In this document: positions 46,535 to 57,910 of the stretch, in pieces
Position numbering within the stretch: the first letter of the stretch is position 1
How the letters are laid out: every line of letters starts with the position of its first letter
NCBI RefSeq assembly: GCF_009914755.1
Contig: NC_060935.1
DNA length: 64,000 bases
Direction: 5' to 3' (one strand)
DNA from: the human T2T-CHM13v2.0 reference genome, Homo sapiens
Made by a program: the position numbers and the translations under genes
The notes under the pieces: model-generated
The model's database searches: none
What the model was told of the DNA's origin: nothing
What the model saw: only the letters and a program-made list of their open reading frames with translations

Positions 46535-48809
46535 TGACAGGAGATTTATTCTACCTGGGACTGAAATTTTCCTGAGCTGTCCTGAGGGTGCCGGCTCCTG
46601 TCCCCACCATTGGAGATCCGGTCTCTTCCCTGCATCTTTTGTTGGCACAAGAGAGAGGGGATGGCTGGACTCCCAGTGCTCTGGCCACTCCCTCCCAGCT
46701 CACACGGGGGCTGCTAGCCTGCGAGCAGGGGTGAGGTAGTGAGGGCAATGGTGGCCTTATAGGACTGTAGGATGCACTGGGCTCACTCTGGAGATGCACC
46801 TGTGCCAGGCCTGAGGGTTTGGAAGATGGGAATCTCTCTATATGGCTTCCTGGGTTTGCTCTCCCCCAGCTGGAGGAGAGTCAGGCTAGAACAGCACTGG
46901 CCTGGAAGCTTCGTAACCCCCAGCAGGAGGAGCCCCCTCACAATCCAGGAGCCTCCAAGCCTCCTGGACTTCCTCGGCCCTGATGGTCGGCGAAGGGACT
47001 CGGCCCAGCGGAGACGTCCGAAGCTCTGAGTGCCCAGAAGAGGTTACGTTCTGGTCTGAGTTCCTTGGCCCCTTTAGATAATCTGCCTCTAAAGGCATGA
47101 TCCTGAGATAATAGGGCGTAGGAAGACGGATGTTGGTTTAGAGTTTGGAGGTGATTTGGGGGTGGCTGGAAGGTTGGGGGAGCTGCCTCTTGGGTTCTAC
47201 TGCCTCTTGCTAATGGCTCAGCTTCCCAGCAGGAGAGGAAGGGCAGGAGGCTCAGGCCTGGCAGCCTAGGCTGGTGCTGAGCCTGGGAGATGGAGGAGGA
47301 GTCTGGTAGCCTCTGTGAGAGGATGAGAGTGTGTGGCAGTGGCGGGGTGCCCACCTATGCACCCTCAGGCACACCTGTCCTTTCCCATTCAGAATTCATG
47401 TTCACCCGCGGGAGTCACGCTCAGGTGTTCACCCCACAGGTTTATCCCCGTGATCGGGGTGGAGGGAGGTGGAGCCTGGGGGCTCTGGAGGTCTGGGAGG
47501 AGGGAACCGAGATATAGGATGGGGCTTCTGTCCCAGGCTGGCCTGGAGGCAGCAGGTAAGGGCAGGGTGTGTGTGTGAGAGGGACAGTCTTGTCCACAAG
47601 TGCCCTTACAGGAAGGAGCAGAGCCCAGGGAGGCCAGTGAAAAGAGGCTGGAGGAAATGGTCCTGGGGTGGCAGGTGGGCAGCTGGCCCCAGGTCGTGGT
47701 CTTCCCAGATGTCAGGGTAGCTCTGGAGGTCCTGGGGGTGGCTGTTCTCACCCTGGAGTTCTAGGGAAAGAGAGAGGAAGAGGGGAGAGCGGGGAAGACA
47801 GCTGGGGATTATGGTTGCCCACCACCCGCCAGGCCTGCAAGCAGCGCATCCTGAAATCCCCTCACCCTGTCCATCCCCCCCTCCCAGCGGGCCCAGGAAG
47901 CTCCACCCCTTTGCCCAAGGTCATACACAAGTAAGTGGCATAGCAGGGTTTGAAATCAGGTCTGCCTAACTCTAAAGCCCGTGACTGATCCCTCCCCTGC
48001 ACCAGGAGCCGGGGACAGAGGAAGGCAGGGAGGGAAAAGAAGGGCACTCTGTCTGGGCAGGGTGTGGGTGGCATGGGGTGGTGTGTTCACTTGGGGTCCT
48101 GTACTGACCTCCACTTGGCTTCCCACCACCCTAGGCCCTGGAGAGGATGTCTTGGGTCCTGGTCACTCCATCCTGTCACCCACGCCGGACCTGAAGTCCC
48201 AGGCAGCTTCCCTGGGGGAGCTTAGCTTGGAGAGGGGCTCCCAGCCCTGCGTATGGCATGGGGGCACGTTTCCCAGGCTGTCCAGCAGGGGGAGCCCCAC
48301 CCCCCACCCCCCGCCTCGGTTATCCCGGGTCCGACAGGACAGGAGGGCCCAGGCAGCCGGCCTCTGCTCTGCCCTCTAAACACAGCTGGGGCCAGGGCTC
48401 CAAGGCCTAAGGACTGGACAAGAGTGGCTGGCTCTGGGGAAGGCCTCTGGCCCTGTCTGACCCTGGCCTGCCTGGCCTCCCATGAGGTTGACAGAAGACT
48501 GTGGCCACCAGGCTCCCAGGCCCCCTCCATGGGTGAGCCTGGGCCCTCCTGCCTCCTCATCAAAGGCCTGGGAGGGTGCTCAGGCTTCCAGGGCTCCCCG
48601 GCTGCACACCCAGACTCAGGAGCCTACTGGGCGCTGCGGCACCTCTCTTCTTAGGGTGTGCTCCCACTCCACTCGCTCAGCTGAGGACACTGTCCTGGGC
48701 TGGGGAATTCAGGAGCAAGGAATTGCTCTTGCCCACCCAATATGTTCCACTGCTGCAGGTGTCTGCAGAGGAGAAGGGCAGAGACCAGACATTCGGGTGA
48801 TGCCTCTAT

Positions 48810-49015
48810 CTGCGCTGTGCAGTATGACAGCCTGTAGCCATGTTTAAATGAAATGAAAATTAAAGAACATTAGCATTAACATAACGACAACACCGGTTAC
48901 TCGGTGGCACTGGCTGCATTTCCAGTGTTCCATAGGCTCCTGTGGCTAGTGGCTATGTATGGGGGAGCACAGAGGTGGAACATTCCATCAGGCTGTTCTC
49001 CTGGATGACACTGGT
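48810..49015. mobile_element. MER3/MER33-like hAT-Charlie DNA transposon fragment
   Basis: gcgctgtgcagtatg...gtggctagtggcta motifs. Confidence 0.55.
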
Positions 49016-49754
49016 TCAGCCCCTAAGCTGGGGGAGGGGGAGGCCCTGGTGTGGGGGGTTGGGGTCAAGGAGCTGGAAGCTGGGTGGGAGCCAGTGTATG
49101 TGTGGGGTGCTACCATGGGGTGCCCTGGGACGGGAGGAGGGAGGGGCATCAGAGGAAGAGGGCAGACATCCGAGGAGCCCAGGAAGGGCCTGGGGACATG
49201 AGCGGGGGTGCAGGTTGGAGCCTTGTCTGCGTATCTTAGCTCTGAGCTTCCATGTGCCCATTTACAACCTCGGAGGACTGTCACAGTCAGGTGGCGGGGC
49301 AGAGAGAGCCCGAGAGAGGCTTAGGTCCGCTTTGTCACGCTGCCTCTGCTTGCTGTGACTTGGGCAGGCTCCTTCCCCTCCCGAGCCTCAGTCCCTTGCT
49401 CGGTGACACAGGACCCACAAGGTCTGTGTCCCAGGGCTGCGTGGGGCCCAGGGAGACACAGGGTGTGTTCCGCCTGTGGGAAGCGGGGCAGACTGGAGAT
49501 CGGCACCTCCTCGTCTCCTGCTGTCCTGAGGGAGCTCAGAGATCTTTGAGTTCTAGCTCCTTGGTTTTTTAAAATTACCATGTAGACAGTCTGCTTCCTA
49601 AGGAGGATTTGAGGCAGCTAACCCCTTATTTTACAAATGAGAAAACAAGCTTTGGGAGGTTTAGGGACTTACTCAAGTCACGTCGTCTCTGAAGTTCCCT
49701 GATGTTCAGAGCCAAGAAAAGTTTCATAAATGCAGCCTCGGCCTCTCAGCCCCA

Positions 49755-50737
49755 CCTCCCACCCCATCCAGACGCCTTTATTCCCTTAAGGGATGTGGGG
49801 CTGGGCTGAGCTCGAGGAGGAGGACTGGGGCCAGAGATTGAGGGTGAGGCGGTGGCCTGGGCAGAGGAATCCAGTATGGGGAGAGAGCCCAGTGCCTGGC
49901 AGGGGAGGGTAATGGGGATAATGGGGACTTTGAAGTGGCCACTACATCCTGCAAAGCCCAGGCCTAGAGAATGGGGTTTATGTGGAGCCTCTGTGTGGAG
50001 AGGGGCCCCGACTGGGGATGTCAGGGTCCCCCTGCCCTTCAGGGCAGCAGCAAGCCTTCCTCCCAGCACCTCTGCTCTCATCTCCACATGCGCTCATGCA
50101 GAGGGCTTTGTAACGGCAGTAGTGTTAACAGCAGCAATTCATTGAGCACCTGCTATAAAACAGGCGGATCACTAGATATTTTACCTGCTTTCTCTCCTTT
50201 AATTCACTCAGCAACACAATCAACTCCATAATAGCCCTATTTAAAACCTAATGTAACTGTGAGTCAGAGAGGGTCAATGACTTGCCCAAGGTCACACAGC
50301 CTAAAAGGGGCTGGCTGTGTCAGCTTTCCAGCTGGTTCCCTGAATCACACATGCCAGGAGCTTTCCCCCGGGCACAGTGGTCTGTCCAGCACCGGGTGCT
50401 GGCTGATGATGTGCTTCCCAGGGGGCTGGAATGCAGGACTCTGGCCTGTCAGGGAGAGTTACAGTCTGATGGGAGGGGGCTGCTCCTGGCAGAGCCCGGT
50501 CTTTGATGGGGGAGCCCAGCTTTGATCTCCTTTTGAAGTCCCGGCCTCTGGAACCAGCAGCTTCAGTGGGGAGAGTGCAGGGGAAGGGGGAGATGAAAGG
50601 GCAGGGGAAGCCAGATTTGGAGAGAGAGGGGGGCAGCCACAAGGAGGGAAACAGATGTGTGCATGAGGACCCGGGAGACAGGGATCTGGGAGAGGGAGTG
50701 GGAGCGGCTGGTGGGAAGAACTGAGGGAAAGGAAATG
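49755..50737 (-). other. NECTIN1: Predicted non-coding 3'UTR terminal exon of the extended NECTIN1 isoform (3' end approximate)
   Basis: Pyrimidine-rich acceptor cccttccccctcctggccttccctgtctgcccacag|CATTTCC; junction to 53108 is reproduced at 54046-54161; AATAAA on the - strand at 49777-49782. Confidence 0.55.
49777..49782 (-). terminator. Candidate polyadenylation signal AATAAA
   Basis: TTTATT on the + strand; first canonical hexamer I found downstream of the 50737 acceptor. Confidence 0.4.
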
Positions 50738-53148
50738 CTGTGGGCAGACAGGGAAGGCCAGGAGGGGGAAGGGCTGAGTGTGCCACTGTGGGGCAGGGGA
50801 GACATGAGAGACAGGCTGGGCCCAGCAGCTCCTCACCCACCATCCCCAGCTTCAAATCCCCTTTCTGTTCCCAGGGAGGCCTTTCTGGCTCTGCCATGGG
50901 CTGACTCTCAGTGTCCAATGGTCCAGAAGTTCCAGTGAGGTCCTGGCTGAGGCCTTATCCAATGGCCTGGGGATGGGGCCAGGGGGAGGTGAGGAGCTCA
51001 CATCCAGGACTTTTCTGGGATCTATCACCCAGGCTTGCACCCCAGGCGAGGGGGCTGGGATGACGGATGGGGGAGGGTGTCTGCCGCATGGCGGTGCACC
51101 TGTTCCTGTCTGACATCCTGGTTCCTCCTGTGGGGCTGCCAAGCAGGGAAGTGAGAGTGCGTGGTGGGGCGGGCTGCCTGGCAGGAAGGGCTAATTCCCA
51201 GCTAATCCCCCAAGCCTACCCCACCCAGTGCCTTGCACTGCTCTCCCATCCCCCACACTCTCAGGTCCCCTTCAGCTCCCCGCAACGCCTCCCCTGTCCT
51301 GGCACCCTGTTCCAGTGCCCTTCAGACCCTGCACCCAAACAGAGGGCCTCTCTGGGGTTCAGGGCAGCAAGTGAAAGCCAATGAGGGGGCAGCAGTAGAC
51401 CCCTCCTTTTTTGAGTTTCCTTCAGGGGCGCCTGGGATTACACCCACTCCAACTCCACGTACTTCAGAGAGGCTGGGAGGAGGTCCAAATTAGGGTTTAT
51501 GGGATTAATGACTTTTCTTCTGGCCCCCCAGACTCTCTCCCCAACTCCAAGCCTCACGCTTTCCTCCCGTTGGCCTCTCCCGGGACCCAGACCTTACAAG
51601 GAGCTGCAGTAGCCAAGCATGCCTCCTTTCACAGGGGCTGGGGAGGGGAGGAACCGCATCTGGCACCCGGCCCCTTCCTCATGCCCACAGCACCCCTTCT
51701 TTGGCGAGGGAGAGGACAGGCTGGAGCAGGGACACATCCTGGTTCTCACACCAGGTTCTCCAAGGATGCTGCACAGACGGCCTCGGGCCCCTTGCTCTTC
51801 ACTCCTCCATACCTAAGCGGGGAACTGAGGCTAAGCACATTTCTGTTGAGGTGGCAGAGGATGGTGTGTCACAGGAGGACAGGAGGTGGTTGAGATGTAG
51901 TAGGGGTGGGGAACACTGGGAAGTGGGGAGCAGATTTCTGTTGTTTGTGGGTCCTGGGACCCAGCGGGCTCTCCTGGTGGGTGGGAAAGGTTCTGTAGGG
52001 GCCACCAGAGAAGCCCCTCCTGGGCCCATCCCCCTGTGCCAGCCGTCTCGGGACCTGCTGGCTCCTGGACCCATGGGACCCCTCTTATACTCAGCGCCAT
52101 CATGTCCCTCCCAGCAGTCCTGTCTCCTCCACCTGTCCTTGTCTCTGTCCCCGTCTCTCTCCCCTCCCACCCTGCTCATCCCAAACCACTCAGCACAAGG
52201 GCCGAGGCCAGGCTTCCTCACCGTATGTGGCCCCTTGGCCTGAGTCCCCAGCGCTCAAATTCCAGTTTCTCAGTCTGAGACACCTTCACCTTCCTTTGGC
52301 TCTCAGGGAGGTCACATGTTTGCTGAAACTCCTCTGATCTTACCACGTCCCCCAGACACTGCCTGGGGTCTTTGCACTGTGGCCTCTGTGTACCTCGCAG
52401 TATCTTCCAGGGCCCACGGTAGAGACAGCCCTGCTCACCACCCATCCCTGCAGAGCCTGTGGGCTCCCCTTCAGCCCAGGACTTAGAAGTCCCGAGCTGG
52501 CCACTCTACTGAGAGTGCCTCAAGGCTAGGAACTCCCCTGGACCCTGGGCCCTCTGCGCAGGGCCTGGAATGAGCAGGCACTCAATAAAGGTTGGTTGAA
52601 TTCAACTGTCCAGCTGGGCCGGGGGGTCAAGAGGAAATGTGGGTGTGCAGCCTTGACCCTGGGGGCTCCTTGGTAAGAAAATGAAGTGGAGGCCAGCGTG
52701 GTGGCTCACACCTATAATCCCAACACATTGGGAGGCCAAAGCGGGTGGATCACCTGAGTTCAGGAGTTTGACACCAGCCTAAGGGGCCGGCTGGGATGCA
52801 GGGAGTGAGGCCACTTCTGGGGCCCACAGAGGGATAAGGAGGACTGTTGGAACAGGAAGGGGCCCTAGACTTGATTTAGATTTCACCGGTGGGGAAACTG
52901 AGGCTCAGAGAGGGGAAACAGTGTATGGCAGAAATGGAACAACATTCCTGCCCTCTGGCTCCTGGTCCACATTTCTTCTCCTGTTCTCACCAGGCCCCTG
53001 CCCACCTCCCCCACCCTTTCATTGCCAAGCCCAGCAGGTAGGGTGCAGGCCCTTCCAGGAAGGGCAAGAAGGGGCTCTCAGAGCAGGAGGGAGGTGGGTG
53101 GGTTTACCTGTGGTCCAGAAGCAGGGGTGGGTGGCTAGGGGTTATGAG

Positions 53149-53289
53149 CTAGGGTGGGCTCAACTGGATGGTGGCATATTCCACAGCCTCTGCAGGCCCT
53201 GGCACGGGGGTCCGCAGCCCTGGCACGAGTTCCAGGGCAGAGGTGTCCAGCTCTGCATAGTGGCTGTGAGTGTCCTTTAGGCCAGAGCC
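53149..53289 (-). CDS. NECTIN1: Predicted alternative terminal coding exon of NECTIN1 carrying tandem ITIM/ITSM-like motifs (46 aa + stop; exon spans 53108-53289)
   Basis: Acceptor cctgtcccttctgcctcattcctag|GGC; open phase-0 frame GSGLKDTHSHYAELDTSALELVPGLRTPVPGPAEAVEYATIQLSPP*; in frame with the donor at 62143; downstream donor CAG|GTAAAC at 53107. Confidence 0.8.
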   Translation of the reverse strand, partial: GSGLKDTHSHYAELDTSALELVPGLRTPVPGPAEAVEYATIQLSPP

Positions 53290-54045
53290 CTAGGAATGAG
53301 GCAGAAGGGACAGGTGGCAGGAGGGGTCGGTGGGGGTGTGGTCAGGACCAGACGAGGCACCCCAGGGCCAGGCGTCGGGGGAGATGGGAGGTGTGGGTGT
53401 GCAGGGAAGCATATGAGAGAGAAGGGAACCATGGAGGGTCAGGGGGATGGGGGGAGAGAGAGACGCAGAACACCAATTACTCAGTGACAACAGAGGAAAC
53501 AGGTTTAGAAAAGGTGTTTACAAAAATTAGTCACAAAACATTTACCTGCTGTGCTAAGCTGTGTCCTCTTAGGCCATGGGCATGGGTGGACAGAGGCAGG
53601 GTGGGTCCTACTCCTGAACCCCCTGTATTTGCCTCCGAGACGTTATTTGTGCTAACCCTTTCATTTTGCAGAGGGAAGAGAGATGCCTGGAGAGGGGACA
53701 TGCTGTGCAGGGGGTCACGGGGAGGCTCCTGGGGCATAAAACAGAACTTGGAGTCAAAGGGCCTGGCTTTAAAGTTTTGCCGGACCCCCCTGCTGTGGCT
53801 TGACAGGCAGATGGCTCAACCCATCTGAGCTGAGTTTTTCTTTTGTGAAATGGGAAAATAGAACTTATAAGCATATCACTATGGTTAGAACCCAGGGCTC
53901 CAACTCCCACCTCTAGCTATTCAGCGGCACTGCAGTTCTTTGACTCTTAGTGTGATTTGCAAATTATTAGAATAAGAGTGCTCCAAGGACAGGGGCTGAC
54001 ATGAAGTTGAGTAGCAGAGGCTCTCCCTCCCTCTGCTGGGAGTTG

Positions 54046-54161
54046 CAGATGTGCGAATGGGGACCCAGGAGACAGGGAGCTGGGAGAGGGAATGGGAGTG
54101 GCTGGTGGGAAGAACTGGGGTAGAGAAAATGCTGTGGTCCAGAAGCAAGGGTGGGTAGCTA
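54046..54161 (-). other. Intronless local copy of a spliced NECTIN1 3'UTR junction
   Basis: 54132-54161 matches 53108-53137 (28/30) and 54046-54131 matches 50652-50737 (75/86); the join removes exactly a GT...AG segment. Confidence 0.75.
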
Positions 54162-54929
54162 CTGACAACTCACCCTGTGGCTGTGCCAAGCTCCTTTCCC
54201 TCCCAGGGCCTCAGTTTCCCCTTCAGCAAAATAGGAGGGTGGCTTGATGATCCCTGAGGTCCTTCCAGCTCTTCTCTCTAGATCTATCCTCACAAGCTCC
54301 TCCTCCTCAGCTCAATGCTCAGTGCCAGTGTGCAGGCAGATAGATCATCTGTCCACAGAGCAGGGGCTGAGGGAGAGGAGGGCTCTCGCACGCCGGGAGG
54401 GCAGGGGCTGGTACAGGAAGAAGGCTGTGTGCTATTGCAGGGAGCTCTGTGACCTGGGCTGCTGCTCACTCTTTTCCTTGGCTGGGCCGCCTGGGCAGCA
54501 GGGAAAGCTAGGTGTGCTGATTTCAGTTGCCCTCCATCAACGCCCATCTCGTGTCCATCAATGACACATGGCATGGGCAGGGACACATGGCAGAGCTAAG
54601 ATGAATGCAATGAGCTCCTGATTCCTCACAAGGGAAAGTCACACTCTGACACCTGCTCCTCCCTTTGGCCCTGTGCTTCCACAGCCTGCCTGGAGTTGGA
54701 GGTGGGGTCAGGGGCTGGGAGGAGACACCTCTTTTCCAGAAGGAAGCAGCCTGGGTTGGAGGTTGGGGGTACAGGAGACCAGGGGCAGAAGGAAGGGGAA
54801 GGAGGCTAGACAGACAGGAAGTCTGGGTCCCAACCCACAAGTTGGGGGGACCTATAAGTGTGGCTGAGGGGCGGGGAGGTGGGGTCTGGGCAAGCAGCAC
54901 AGTGTGAGTAGGAGATGCTGGGAGCAAAA

Positions 54930-55295
<366 letters not shown>

Positions 55296-57020
55296 TAAAG
55301 ATGGGAAGAGTGGCTGCTGCTCTGGGATGGTGTGAAGGCCATCCTGCAGAGGCAGAGGGGTACATTGGTGGTGTCCCCATGACTAAATGGATCCTACCTC
55401 TTGTCCCTCCCATCATCCTGAGGATGCCTGGGGACTGGTTCTTCAGGTAAATGCGAGGCCAGGTGTGTCCTGGGGTTGTGCAGACTCTATAGATTTCCAC
55501 TGGGGAGGTCTTCCAGACAGCTTCTTTATGCAGACCTTCCCTAGCTGTGTGCCACTGGACAGGAGCAACCTGACTCTGAGCCCCAGGGAAGCCTGGGAGT
55601 TTAGAGGGTGATGGCCAAAGGTCGTTTGGGAATATCTCACCCAGGTAAGTGGAGAGGAGCTCAACTACATGGTTTGGGACCACCTTATCCAGGATGTGGG
55701 GCTGCCCAGGGAGCACTGGGCACTTTGCCTTTAGCCTTCGTAGAATCTGTCTCAAAGATGACAGAAAGCAATGACATGTGACTCCTGCTGGGTGATACCA
55801 GGAGGGTCCCAAGAAAACAGGTGGCGAAAGGTAAAATAGAGAATTGGGCCAGCACCTGCTGGCAAGGAAGACCTCACCCAAAGTGGAAGGCAGGCCCTGG
55901 AGAGTTCCTGGCACAAAGTGGTAGCCCAGTTGCCAAATCTTTCATCAGCAGGGACCTGGGAGAACATCGTGGTGGAGGGGAGTTTCAGGTCCAGTGCTTC
56001 ACGCATTTGAAAGATGTGCAGGGAACAGGGCTGCAAGGGCAGCAGAGCTGGCTGGTTATTGTTAAGTCATGTTGGAGAAGGAGAAACTGAGGGCCATCAG
56101 CAGTTAGAGGCTCAACCTCAGAGCTGGAGACCCTCTTTGGTTGCTTCCAAAGAGACCCATATCCTACCGTGGAGGAGTGGACACAGCTGAGGAACAGACC
56201 CAGGATGTGAGAGTAGGAATCAGAGGGCTCCAGGGCAGCTCAGCCAAGGCAGGCCTGTTGTGCTTGGTAAGGGCCCTGCTGGGGAAAACCTGGGTCTCTG
56301 AAACCGATGGGAGGATGAGTGAGTGGAGAACCTTGAGTGGGTGGCCCACTCTTCTCTAGTTAAAGAGCTAACAGCACCGCATGCTGGAAGATGCTGTGGA
56401 GGCCTTTCCCCTGCGAGGCAACGGATGCCCCCTCCTCTGTTCCTGGCTGTAGGCTGATGCTGGGGTTAAAGCCCAGCACAACCCAGCTGGGTCCATGCTG
56501 GACCTGATCAAGAAGGAAGATGACAGGCCTGCAGAGCCAGGAGAGCAACAGCAAGCTAGCGTTGACCAGCAGAAGTCTGGGGAGCACCCCTGGGTTGGAT
56601 TTTGAGGGTTCTTGACCAAGTGAGCCAGAATATAGACTGAATAAACAAGAATTCATTGATTTGGGAGCGCACTTTCTCAGGACATGGGATTCAACACCCT
56701 TCAAGGACCCCAAAGGATTGGGCAAATTTACTGCTGAGGCATGGTGTTTGCACAGTGCACAAGTGCAGAATTGGGATTGACATACTAAACCCACATGAGG
56801 TCTGTGGGGGTGAAGGCCAACTGGAAACTCTGAAACTACCTCATCACCCAAGAGAGTAAATCAAAAAGGATATTGTACTCAGGACGGGGAAGATGGCAGA
56901 GATCATTGTCATCACTAAAGACCTAAAGGATGCAAGGGTGCAGGGCCCTCTCTAATCTTCATTTAACTAATCAGTCTGACCCCTACAGAAACCAGACAGA
57001 TCCTGGAGAATTACGGCCAA

Positions 57021-57350
57021 TGCTATGGTCTTAATGTTGGTATTCCCCCAAATTCATATTCTGAAATCCTAACCTCCGAGGGGATGACATTAGGAAGTGA
57101 GGCCTTTGGGAGGTGAATGGGATTAGTGCCCTTATAAAAGAGGCCCAGAGGGCTTCTATCCTCTTCCACCGTTTGAGAACGCAAAGTGAAGTCACCATCT
57201 GTGAACCAGAAAGTATTGCCCTCACTAGACACTGAATAGCTTGATGCTTTGGACTTCCCAGCCTCCAGAACTGTGAGAAACACGTTTCCATTGTTTATAA
57301 GCCACCCGGTTCATGGTATGTTTTTATAGCAGCCTGAATGGGAAAAGACA
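57021..57350 (+). mobile_element. MLT1A-like LTR
   Basis: tgctatggtcttaatgtt...ttataagccaccc...tagcagcctgaa. Confidence 0.8.
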
Positions 57351-57478
57351 GCTAGCATAGCCTCAATCAAGTGGTCACCCCGATGGCAGCTGCTGGAATG
57401 GTCTTCTAAATGACAGCTGCAGTGCCAGTTTGGCGGCAATACTCCGAAAGGCCTCTATAGGATGCTATGTCCCCACTA

Positions 57479-57910
<432 letters not shown>

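Noticed and set aside
46886-47760. - strand ORFs 47389-47751 and 46886-47098 near an acceptor-like ttccctag
   Set aside because: No similarity to nectin tails or known domains; consistent with chance ORFs in GC-rich DNA.
48988-49284. - strand ORF containing ELRYAD, considered as a further NECTIN1 coding exon
   Set aside because: Not a complete ITIM (YADK), poor acceptor geometry, proline-rich low complexity, and downstream of the candidate polyA signal.
51002-51127. 126-nt exon-like segment on the - strand (ccccacag|GAG...GAT|GTGAGC), open in two frames
   Set aside because: No recognisable protein motif and a mediocre donor; it lies inside the intron defined by the 54046-54161 junction copy. 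It could still be a minor cassette exon.
52584-52589. AATAAA near the hidden exon
   Set aside because: On the + strand, opposite to NECTIN1, and part of an L2 3'-end motif (ggcactcaataaa).
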